Shown here: in pieces, positions 1 to 11,686 of the stretch
Numbering within the stretch: position 1 is the stretch's first letter
Layout: the number at the start of each line of letters is the position of its first letter
NCBI GenBank assembly: GCA_001938485.1
Contig: MQRK01235606.1
Span: 72,273-124,687, forward strand
Reading direction: 5' to 3'
Source: Girardia tigrina
Taxonomy: Eukaryota
DNA length: 52,415 nt
Translations under genes and position numbers: made by a program
Notes under the pieces: model-generated
Seen by the model: only the letters and a program-made list of their open reading frames with translations
Told to the model about the DNA's origin: nothing
Databases searched by the model: none

Positions 1-529
1 TCCTTTCTGCTTTCATCGACCAGTTAACTAAAGAAGAACGATCGACTGGCTATTTTCAGCAGGATGGTGCAACAGCACATACCGCAAACATTTCGCTTCG
101 TTTTTTGAATGAGATCTTCGCGAAAAGAATCATTTCCAAAGGAATTTGGCCGCCAAAATGCCCAGATCTAAGTGTTTTGGACTTTTACCTGTGGGGAGCG
201 ATAAAACAAAAGGTTTACCGAAACAAACCACAAACTTTGCAAGACCTACGTGATAACATCCTACACCAAATTGAAGCCATCACCCAAGAGGAAATTCATC
301 GAGTGTTCGAAAACTTGAAACGTCGAATTAACGTTTGTATTCACGAACTTGGAGGGCATTTCCAGCAGTTGTTGTGACTCTTTTCTTGTTATTTGTAATA
401 AATTAAGAGACGGTCATTGTTCTTCACATAAAATTGACTATTCAAAATATTTTGTTATTGATTTTTAGAACACAGGATATCGTTATTGTTTTGAAATTGC
501 AGGTGCACAGTTACTTTTTGAACGCACTG
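1..529 (+). mobile_element. Tc1/mariner-superfamily transposon, 3' part (rosa/maT-like, D38D spacing), cut by the window edge
   Basis: Reads YFQQDGATAHT...WPPKCPDLSVLDFYLWG...GGHFQQLL* (stop at 377); 38 residues lie between the 2nd and 3rd catalytic Asp. Terminal ...TTTTTGAACGCACTG (ends 529) is followed by TA. Confidence 0.85.
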
Positions 530-843
530 TATTATATAATATTTATTCCCAACGATAAATTTGAAATTTTCTATAATTTAATACGGACTAATCGTTTAAA
601 GATTTAGTTGACACTTTCTGTTCTCTTAAACGACAAAAATCTCCAAAGAAGATTTATTTTAGACGACAAATGACTCCTAAATAGTGAACTCGTGAAGTAG
701 TGGTGTGGTAAATAGTTATTGAAGGGATATTTTGTCATTAATAATTGAAAAATATTTAATTTGCAACAATTTCGTGCTGATGAAATAAATGTGAAAATGT
801 AAAAGAAAGAAAGCTCTTTTTAAAATGTATTGCAGCAAAGCAG

Positions 844-1295
844 TCAGAGTGATTCGTATGCTGATTTGTTCTTCAACAGAAATGCTGCCATAAACTCGAT
901 CGGATTCGGAGGTCTAATTAGTCAATGCATGAAAGAATATTGTTCAAATCAATGTTCCCCAATAATAATCTAATAAACAACCTTTCTTTTACCAAATAAT
1001 TCATCCCCTGAATCAAAATCGGCACCACAGTTTCTTCCAAATACAATCGCGCTGGAAGAGATTGTATTTCTAATTTGTTTAATTTAGTTTTTTGTCTCCG
1101 TTGATTTTCAATGGCGATTATTTTCTCAATATTCATAATAGTGTCGGTGAATTCGCTTGGCGGACATTTGTTATCACTCGGTTCTGGATTTTCGTTAGAA
1201 CTGGCGAATGTATCTTAAGATCCATTGAAAAATTAGTTTAATATTTGACGTAAAGATCTGTCAAAGTTACCGTTTAATTCATAATTTTCACTCAT
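844..1295 (-). CDS. DPY30: Dpy-30 homolog (COMPASS/MLL H3K4 methyltransferase complex subunit), 108 aa, 3 exons: 1295-1271, 1213-982, 913-844
   Basis: GT-AG introns of 57 and 68 nt keep the frame. The C-terminus [45 protein letters not shown] matches the Dpy-30 dimerisation motif ([38 protein letters not shown]). Confidence 0.93.
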
Positions 1296-2686
1296 ATTTG
1301 TGCCAAAAAAATCTCTATGGAAACATAAATTTTAAACAAATGTCTTTTAAAAATGTCAAATAATTTAAAGTAATCGATAATAAAAAATTGATTTTAAACT
1401 TTTCAATTTATTTTGAATGTTTTTTAAAAATTTTTAAGAATTTTTTTTCTTATTATAATAATCGATATTAATGTTTTGTGAAAATCATTTTTTGTCATCA
1501 TAAAAATCGTTATTCAAATTATTTTGAACTATCTAATTATATTTAATATCTCATTAAATTTATAAAATAAATATTTTTTAGCAAAATACGATTGTGGAGC
1601 ATCTAAATTTCAGAAAGTACAATTTTGTTTATTACATTATAGTTTTTCAAAATTACCTTTCATGATCTTTTCATTAACTTTTTTTTCAGAATCTGATAAG
1701 AATATTGATAAAGTCACTAATTTAGAGGTACTGTGTGAATAAAACATATTTCAGAATACACATTTATTTTCTTACAAAAACATATTTTTATATAGAAACT
1801 TTGACAATATAACAATACAGTGTTTTCATTTCAGTTTAGGTAATGTTTAAAGTGTTTTTAATATCTCGTCAAATGTTTTTACCATTTTTTTCAATAAGTT
1901 TTGACAATTTATCATACAGTTTATTTATAAAATACTTTATTACATTAATAATGTTTAAATTAGCTTTTTAATGAAATATAAAAGATTTTTAAACTTTTGT
2001 TAGTCAAATTATATTTAAAATGTTTTTGTATCGAATTAAATTTGATTATTTTACTGAACAACACTAATAAAATTTATATATGCTTGTGTTAGGGTTTCGA
2101 AAAAGACGTATGAACACTTTTGATAAAATTTTATGTAGAAAAAATTTAAAAATAATTCTTTTGGTAAAATTATTAATTTCAAACAAAATAATATTTAGTT
2201 TAACAAATTTTGGAATCTAAAATTTAAAATATTTTAGTCTTTGTTTTAATTGATCAATTTTCAAGGCTGATGAAAATTACTATATAAACAGCAGCAAATT
2301 TAGTTTTAGTTTGCCCAAAAATATTTGCTGAAAAATTCGCCTATGAAAAGAGTTCACGTAAACAAGTAAAGTGAATACTAAATTTATTTTATTTTTATTT
2401 TATCCTTTAAAATATTGTTTATTGAAGAAACCATAAGTATCCCGTAATGGAGAAAAACGTTTTTAAATTTCAATCAAATCATCGTTCGTTTTGGGAGATT
2501 CACAGTCTTAACTGTAATCTGTTAACTCGCACGAAATATTGATTTGTGTTTGTGTTCTGTCCTCAAGAATTGAATTATTATTATTTTTGACTTGTTAATT
2601 TTTGTTATTTGAAATAAAGTTTCATAAGAGAATTTGTGTTCGTTGTCTATATATTTATGTTGGAAGTCTTTTCTGATTAATTGGAG

Positions 2687-2796
2687 TCAGATTAAAGATT
2701 TCAGATTAAATATTTCAGATTGAAGATTTCGGATTAAAGATTATTGATTAAAGATTAATGAATAAAAATTTACGATTAAAGATTAAGATTTAAGAT
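2687..2796. repeat. Degenerate ~14-bp tandem minisatellite (TCAGATTAAAGATT)n
   Basis: About 8 decaying copies of the GATTAAAGATT core. Confidence 0.75.
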
Positions 2797-2923
2797 TTGT
2801 GTTTTAAAAGCAAATAATTATATTAAAGATTTCTAATACCCAACACTTGGATTTTGTTTTGAATTGTATTTTTACATAAAATAAAAAATTTCTTAAACAT
2901 ATACTTTAAGGGATCGTAAAATC

Positions 2924-3038
2924 AGGTCTGTGGAGTCGGAGTCGGAGTCAAGGAGTGGGAATTTAAGGATTATTGAAGAAGTCGGCGACGAAGGCTGAGT
3001 CAAAGTCGTTAAACTAAACACCAACTGTGACTCCGACC
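2924..3038. mobile_element. Possible hAT-type non-autonomous element end with (GGAGTC)n repeats
   Basis: CAGGTCTGTGGAGTCGGAGTCGGAGTC start and an inverted GACTCCGAC near 3029-3037; no TSD confirmed. Confidence 0.35.
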
Positions 3039-5332
3039 AAATTTTTTCAATTTATAAAACACAAACTTTTTGAAAATTATTTTTAATTTAGTGTTATTAA
3101 TTATAATTTGTAATCTACATTTGAAAGCATCGTATATTTTCGAAATCATGTAATATAAATTTCTCAGTTTAAGTTTTTCTTTTTTTAATGATCAATTAAT
3201 GACATTTGTGATTTTATTTTTTTGTTGTTTTTATTTTTATGTGATTTACGAAATCACTACACACATCAATACCCAAACATTTGTGTTCTTAATAGTCAAG
3301 TTTCAGATTACTTAGAAATTGCTTTACATTAATTTTTAGTCCCTCTAAAATCAAAATTTTTTTACCAAGTTTTAGTCCAAAAACGTGATTAACTCATAAA
3401 TGCATGATTTTTTGTTTTTAATTAAAAATTTTTCTTTTATAGGAAGGGAGTCATGGATTGTGTAAACCATGAACCGCCAAAAATAATGTCAAATGTTTTT
3501 ATTCATAAATAATTTATTGCCTATGACCATAAACGTGTATTTGGTAAAGTACACATGCAGATTTTTTTGATAAAATTAAATAAAACAGGAATGCTGCAAA
3601 TTTGCTACAATATACATTTAAGGGTTAATAATGACCATTGCCAAAATTTACTAATTGACAATTTTAATAGATAAAAAATTAATAAATCCATCGTTATTCG
3701 TAATTTATAATTCCATAAAAGATACTTATTTTGGCGGTTTAATATTTATCCTCAAGTAACATAATGTTTTTAAAATATGGTTTTATGTATTATGAAACGA
3801 CCGAAACAAACAACTATGAAGCACAAGGCATTGTCTTCTTATCAGGCCCTTTATCTTTCCCAAAAGAAATAATGCATAAATATTTCTGGCTGTTAATTAA
3901 TAACTCTTATTACAATCACAAATAAAAGCAAAATTATTTAACAATATTTCACAGGATATTAAGAAAATGTTTAGCTATTTCAAACACTATTCTTAGTGAT
4001 AAAGGCTTATTACAATAAAGCTAACACAAAAAGTTCTCCAAAAATGGCAGATATCGGTTGAAGAATGGCACTACGTGAATTTGATAGAAAAGAAGAAGTG
4101 AAGTGTACATTAATATTATTCTTATTGTTGAAAAAAGAATTATAAATTATCGAAATAATTAGTTTTAATAAGAACTATAAAAAACTTTAAGACTTTAGAA
4201 AATCCATATGATAGGCAATTTATTAGTGTTAGTAGAACTGATATTATCTTTGATAATATTTGATTCAAGATTAGAATTTATAATTTTACTCACAAATTTA
4301 TTAATGAAAATTACACATATTTAATCAAATTTCTTCACGTTAATTAAATCATTTCGCAAAAATCCTTTTATTTAATTTTCTTTAAAGTTAAATTTTTATT
4401 TTTGTATTAATTTATTTAACTTTAACTATTAATAATTATCTCTAAAAAATTTACTACTTTTGTTAAAAAAATATTTAATTTATTTTAAATTTATTTAATA
4501 ATTAACTTTTCATTTTCAAAATAATTTCGAAATAAATTTCAAAATAAATATTTAACTTACTCTAACTTTAATTTCTTTGAAATTATTTTGTTTTACATTA
4601 TAAAATTCATCCAGTTTGCTGTTTTTATTATTTATTTTAAAACTTTTACAAAAATAATTTCCTTTTAAAATACGTCGATTTTATTGAATATAAACTTTTT
4701 AGATTTTTAAACTTTATATACTTATTTTGGTATACATAATTATTTAATTATTATTGGTTCTTTAAAAAATCAATTTAAACTTTTTTTAGTTTAATAAACT
4801 TTATGTATTTTTATTTTTCACGTAATTATTTAATTTTTGTTAAAACTTTAAAGTAAACAATTTTTATAAATACTTTTGCAAATTCAAAATTTTAACTTAC
4901 TCCTCATTATTCGTTTTACTTGTTTCTTATATACCGAACCCAATGCATTTGTCTAATTTGTGGATGTGATAATCTTGCCTTTTATAAAGGAGAATAGGTA
5001 AATTGATTTTACGATTAAATCAATTTCAAACACCAGAAATGAGCCAAAAGAATGGGTTGAGTGCTGATTCAAAGGGTACACAAACAGATTAACAATTAGT
5101 CTCTCCCATGCCTTTAGAACTAAAAATAAACATTAACACAATATTGGCTGCGCGTTAATTAGCATGACTTAGCATTATCAAACATACTGACCACTGGCTA
5201 CTATAGTGTTTTTGATATTTTTATAGCAAATTTTATATTATATTCATCCCAATGTTTAGGTAGATTGCTTTTATCATTTATCTGACAACTTATTTATGAT
5301 AAATTGTCTTGTATATTAGGATCCGTTTAATA

Positions 5333-6587
5333 CAGGGTGCGCAAAAAAAACCGACCACTTTAAATTTGACAATTACTTTGCTTTTCTTCACATTGTATTT
5401 TTGTATTTTGGTTTTTACACATTGTATTTTTGTTTTTTTGTCACTCTAAATAAATTTATACATCTACAAAGAAAATCCGAGCGCCAAATTGCTGAATCGA
5501 TATGTGTACCAAAAACCACAGTTCATCATATAATTTCCCGATTCAATGAAACTGGTATAAATGAGCGTAGACCTGGAAGTGGATGACTCAGAACAGTGAG
5601 AACAAAAGCCAAAGTACGTAGCATCAAGGGAAGAATCAAGCGAAACTTAAACAGCCGCAAGAACTCGACCAGAGAGATTGGCATGGCATTGGGTATATCA
5701 GATGGATCAGTCCGGAACATCCTTCACAAAGACCTTGGAATGAAGTAAAGAAACAAGGCTAAAGGGTAGTTTTTGAACCAAAATGCTGAACAAAAAAGCC
5801 CGGATCGATGCAAAAGGTGAAAAAGAAGATTAGCGGCCGGAAGACATCGCTCAATCCTCTTCACCGATGAAAAGTTGTTCCAAGACGAACAAAGCTTCAA
5901 CTCCCAAAACCATCGCGATTGGTCAGTTGAGAACCTCCCACTGGAGCAGCGCATCATCTCCCGCCAGCAAAAGCCGAAGCAAATCATGGTTATGGCCGGG
6001 ATCCATTGGTCAAAGGGCAAGACACCTCTTGTGCTTATTGCCGAAGGTGTCAAACTTGATGGTCGGGTGTATCGAGAGATGTTGTAAGATAAAGTTTTTC
6101 CGTGGGCAAGAAAGGCGTTTGGAGACGAGCACTGGACATTACAGCAAGATGGCGCCATGTCCCACAAAGCTGTTGAAACCCTGGAGTTGATCGAAGCAAA
6201 TTGCCCAGACTTCATTTCTGTTGACATTAGCCCACAAAGAGCTAATGGTGAATGGCCTACATGTCGCTCAGATTTGAACGTGATGGACTACATCATTTGG
6301 AATTGGCTGGAGGAAAGAGCGTGTTCAAAACCGTGCCAGTCCATACAGTCGTCGAAAAAGAGTCTGAAGAAGGCATGGGATGAATTACCATTGAAAATGA
6401 TTCAGAAAGCGACTGATGACTTCCCGAAGCGATTGCAAAAGTGTACTGATGCCAATGACGGCCATTTTGAAAAAAATAAGTTGTATATACCTTTTTTGTT
6501 GATATTGTTATGTTTTGAATAAATTTTGTTGAACGGAAAACATAATAATTGTCAAATTTAAAATTGTCGGTTTTTTTACGCACCCTG
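5333..6587 (+). mobile_element. Full-length decayed maT-like Tc1/mariner transposon (D,D45D spacing)
   Basis: TIRs are CAGGGTGCGCAAAAAAAACCGAC..TTTAAATTTGACAATTA (5333, preceded by TA) and its inverse ending at 6587. Transposase pieces LFTDEKLF, QKPKQIMVMAGI, WTLQQDGAMSHKA and WPTCRSDLNVMDYIIW, with in-frame stops. Confidence 0.88.
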
Positions 6588-7101
6588 CAATATTATGCTG
6601 CTTTAAGCAGAGATTGTGGAAGTATTGCTCTTCAACATTGTCTAAACACAACAACAAATGTTATAATCCACGTACAAGTTTTCCAGTACTACCGATCAAC
6701 TCAATACTGAAAATAAGACTACAAACATAAAATGACGCTTTAGTCTGATCTCTTTTTGAACAGTCTTTTTAGAGACCTAGAAATGATAATACTGTTTTAT
6801 ATTAATAAAGTTTTGTAAATAAATTACATTATACAACGAAAATTAAGATCACATTCTTTATTTAAGGAGATATGATATTCAATTTTGTATTAGAGCTTTG
6901 AAAAAATATAAATGAAGAATAATTGAAAAGCAAAAATTATATATATTAAAAGGAAGTTTAAAGCGGATGTAGTGAAAGATTGTATTGAAAATTAAAACTC
7001 AATAATAAATTACTATATCATGTAAATACGGGGATGAAAAACGAAACTTGGAAATACAGAATGAGAATTAATAAATGAGATATTGTAAACAAATACATAA
7101 A

Positions 7102-7373
7102 TTATTGGTGGCCCCCATCAGTCCCTTGTTGTGATTCTGTGTCTTGAATATTAAACATGTCAATGTATAATTCTGGAAAAGACAATTCGGGATGCAAATT
7201 CTTTAATTCCTGGATAATCTTCAAATGCTCCGAATTCATTTCTGTCAACAATTTCGGGAGCTCTTCGAATATGATTTCGTATCTCTTTTCACTTTTTCTG
7301 GGTAGAACTGTTAAAATGTTTTCGTGTTCTTTTTTGATAACACTTTTTGAGGATGAATTTTCCGTTTCTTCAT
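7102..7373 (-). CDS. 2DBD-NR exon 11 (LBD helices 10-12, stop)
   Basis: Acceptor CCCAG; ...[36 protein letters not shown]...GGHQ*. Confidence 0.85.
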
Positions 7374-10110
7374 CTGGGTAATGTATTTAAATTAGTACAA
7401 AACTATGAGCCATTAAAATCCTTTACTTTCCAGGTAATTCCAAAGCAAGTACTTTGCTTGGTAAAGAACTCTTTTCCCATCATCCGGACATGAAAGTAAA
7501 TGATAATCTAAAAATAAAGTTTTTCTTTTTACTTGTTATTCTAAATTAGTACTTTACAAATTGATTTATTAATTGTTTGAAATTTGATCATTCAAAAGGT
7601 TTTTTAACACGTTGACAGACACGCATCTATTGCAGTATAAATGAACTTCGCTTTGGCGACTGTAGACGCAACTGTCTGTCAACGTGTTAATAAAAATAGA
7701 AGGCTTAAAAGTTATGACGATCACAATAAAGTTTTAATGATGAAGATCAAAGATCAAATGTTTGGTATTCCATAAAATCAAATTTACAGGGTTACTCAGC
7801 GTTATAAATTCTTTTTTCAAGGTAATAAATTCTTTATTCAAGGTTATAAATATTTAAGGTTATATTTAATTTTTTTACTTATGTTTTTACTTGATTAGAA
7901 AATGTAAGTTCACATGAAACAATTTCAAGAGGAATAACAGTGAGCATGATTATGTGGTTGGCCAAAAAGTCATTGCGTTTTTTACTAAAATATTTATTAT
8001 CAAAAAATGACATGGATGCACAAATATTTTTACACAATATACTGCCCATTATTTTAAATCACTTTCTTCCACCTTTCCGGTAGCTTCATTATTCCTGATT
8101 CATAAAAACCTTTGCCTTTGTCAGCAAAAAAGCCGTCTAGGAACGATTTGATGTCATCATCACTGGCGAATGTTTTTCTGTTTAAGGAATTCTGCAGTGA
8201 TCTAAATAAGTTAAAATCCGATGGGGCCAAGTCTGGAGAATATAGTGGGTGCGGCAAAACCTCCCAACCCAGTGATAAGAGTTTCTGGCGAGTGGTCAAA
8301 CTTGTATGCGGTCTTGCGTTATCATGCTGAATTACAACTCCTTTTCAATTTGCCAATTCAGGACGTTCCTGTTGAATTCAATGAGCCAATTTCTCCAGCT
8401 GACCACAATATCTGTCAGAATTGATGGTTTCATTCCTCGGAAGGAGTTCAAAAAACACAATTCCTTTAAAATCCCACCAGACGGAAAGCATAACCTTCTT
8501 TTGGTGAATTTCTGCTTTTGGGATCGTTTTAGCAGGCTCACCACGTTTTATCCATGATCGTCGGCGTTCCTTATTGTTGTAAACAATCCATTTTTCGTCA
8601 CCCGTAATCAAGCGCTTCAAAAATGGATCACTTTGTTCTCGCTTCAAAAGGGAATCGCAATTGTCTATACGTTTCACCAAATGAATTTCTTTCAGTTCAT
8701 GTGGTAACCACATTCTACAAGAATGATATTCAGAATCTAAACTTATGATCACAATTTTTCGCTGACAGTAGCACATCACAATCCTATCCTCAATTTTGTT
8801 GGGGACTTAACTATAATCATTGACCGAGATTGAGAATGGTCATCCTCAAAAGACCACGCTGACCTTCAGATATATATATGAGAGACATTAAAAAAGTGGT
8901 TGGTTGATATGAAAGTACTGTATGACGCAGTAAAACTAATAAAGAATGTGAGAGAAGAAAACGAAAAACAGTTTACTAGACATTAGGAATTTTTAGTTTT
9001 GTTGTATATTATTTCGAGTTGTGTCGAACTATATTTTTTGTGTCAAGTATTTATTTATTTATTGTATCCTATTTATCTGTTAAATATAAATATAATACGC
9101 AACGCAAAATAATTTTTTAAAAGAAGAGAAAGAAAGTCAGAACAGAAAATTGCCCCCCATCTTTGTTTATTCCATTATAATTATTTAAAATTTGAAAATA
9201 ATATAAAAATCAATGGAATATTAATGATTCCATAAAAAAATTCAAATTTATATGTGTTGTAGGATTTGACAAATACTGCGAGGTTAAATGTAAAATAGAC
9301 CAGTTATGTAAATGTAGACTGAACACCCTGGAGTATCAGTGAGTCCGTGTGTATGGTACATGTGTGGTTGTGTATAAAGTAATATGATCTTTATGTAATG
9401 TTTATGTGATATGTTTATTGAAATGTGGTGTACCAGTGAAAAGTTATTTTGAAAACCAAACAAATCATAAATAATTTTTTTAATAAAATAATTTTGTGTA
9501 ATATTTATAAACATATATATAAAAGGGTAAAGATACCCTAAAAAATAAAAGCAAACAGAAAAAAAACAAACAAATTACAGAAACTATAAGAAATAAAATA
9601 AACGTAAAGTAATATAATCAAGCAAAATAGTTAATTCGATACGGAAATAATTATTTAGCCTCAATTGTTGATTAGAAGGTTCATGCACAATATTTTTTGA
9701 GAAAGTTGTACATGGATTTACCAAATATAATTCGTACAATAATTGTTGTTTATTTCAACCCAAATAAACTTTATTTCATCAATTATTGAGCTGGGTTCGA
9801 GCTACAAACACTTAATGCAGCATTCGAATTATTTCAATTCAATTCAGATCAAATCAGTGTAATTTCATTGAATAATATTAGTGAACAAAATAACTCAATT
9901 ATTTACACCCTGTAAAAACATACAAATCAGCAACAGATTGTTTTCACACATGATATTCAGAAACTGTATCGAGTAAAGCATACATATATTATATATTAAT
10001 ATATATATTTACGGGATTAGGCAGATTCATATAAATCATATTTATCGACAGCATTTTCATGGAAAGCATATTCATCGAAAAACGAAATCATGGAATGAAA
10101 AATTCTAAAC

Positions 10111-10146
<36 letters not shown>

Positions 10147-11540
10147 AAAATATAATTTGATTAAAGCTTTTTTTATACAACTATTGGACATGTTTCGATG
10201 TTTATATACAGTGCGGTTCATAAGTAAGTTCGCACCCTAACAATTTCAATATATCTCAATAAAACGATGAAAAAGTCTTTATTATTTTAATTGCATTGTT
10301 TAAAATGATTAAAATTNNNNNNNNNNNNNNNNNNNNNNNNNNNNNNNNNNNNNNNNNNNNNNNNNNNNNNNNNNNNNNNNNNNNNNNNNNNNNNNNNNNN
10401 NNNNNNNNNNNNNNNNNNNNNNNNNNNNNNNNNNNNNNNNNNNNNNNNNNNNNNNNNNNNNNNNNNNNNNNNNNNNNNNNNNNNNNNNNNNNNNNNNNNN
10501 NNNNNNNNNNNNNNNNNNNNNNNNNNNNNNNNNNNNNNNNNNNNNNNNNNNNNNNNNNNNNNNNNNNNNNNNNNNNNNNNNNNNNNNNNNNNNNNNNNNN
10601 NNNNNNNNNNNNNNNNNNNNNNNNNNNNNNNNNNNNNNNNNNNNNNNNNNNNNNNNNNNNNNNNNNNNNNNNNNNNNNNNNNNNNNNNNNNNNNNNNNNN
10701 NNNNNNNNNNNNNNNNNNNNNNNNNNNNNNNNNNNNNNNNNNNNNNNNNNNNNNNNNNNNNNNNNNNNNNNNNNNNNNNNNNNNNNNNNNNNNNNNNNNN
10801 NNNNNNNNNNNNNNNNNNNNNNNNNNNNNNNNNNNNNNNNNNNNNNNNNNNNNNNNNNNNNNNNNNNNNNNNNNNNNNNNNNNNNNNNNNNNNNNNNNNN
10901 NNNNNNNNNNNNNNNNAACCTAAACGCAGAGAAATATCAAAAGGAAATAATAAATGACATTGATATCGTCGGACAATGTTTCAGATTTCCTGAGAAATCA
11001 TTTATTTTTCAACAAGACCTTGCTCCAGCCCACAAAGCGACTTCGACAACTCGTTTTCTTAACGAAATGAATGTGGAAGTGTTAGACTGGCCTGCCAATT
11101 CACCGGACGCAAACTCGATTGAAAATTTATGGCATATTATTAAAAGGAATGTAATAAATACTTGCCCTGCAACAGATCTATGGAATGTCATTCAAGACAT
11201 ATGGTACAAGATCTCTAGGGCACAGTGCGAGTCCCTAGTACATTCGATGCCCCGTCGTTTGTCGTCGATAATACAAATGCGTGGTTATCCAACAAAATAT
11301 TAATTAAATATTTTATTTTAATACATGTTCAATGTGTCTTTGTTGTAGATCAATAATATTCATGGGGTGCGAACTTACTTATGAACCGCACTGTATATCA
11401 TCATCAGCAATTTTCTATTGAATTGTTTGAATAATACAATTTTTCACAATTTTAATAAATATAATTTACTTTAAAACCAAATAATAATAAGCTTTAATCA
11501 AATTATATTTTCGAAATACTAAACTTGCATTCACAAGACT

Positions 11541-11584
<44 letters not shown>

Positions 11585-11634
11585 NNNNNNNNNNNNNNNN
11601 NNNNNNNNNNNNNNNNNNNNNNNNNNNNNNNNNN

Positions 11635-11686
<52 letters not shown>

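Larger units (their letters stand above)
10145..11545 (-). mobile_element. Short non-autonomous Penelope-like (pLTR) element in a (TA)n array, interrupted by a Tc1
   Basis: Inverted 24-bp repeat GAAAATATAATTTGATTAAAGCTT (~10146) / AAGCTTTAATCAAATTATATTTTC (~11489). It contains a hammerhead core once the Tc1 is removed, and is flanked on both sides by (TA)n. Confidence 0.6.

Noticed and set aside
6857-6862. AATAAA poly(A) signal for the receptor gene (minus strand)
   Set aside because: The position is plausible, but the hexamer is too frequent in AT-rich DNA to call.
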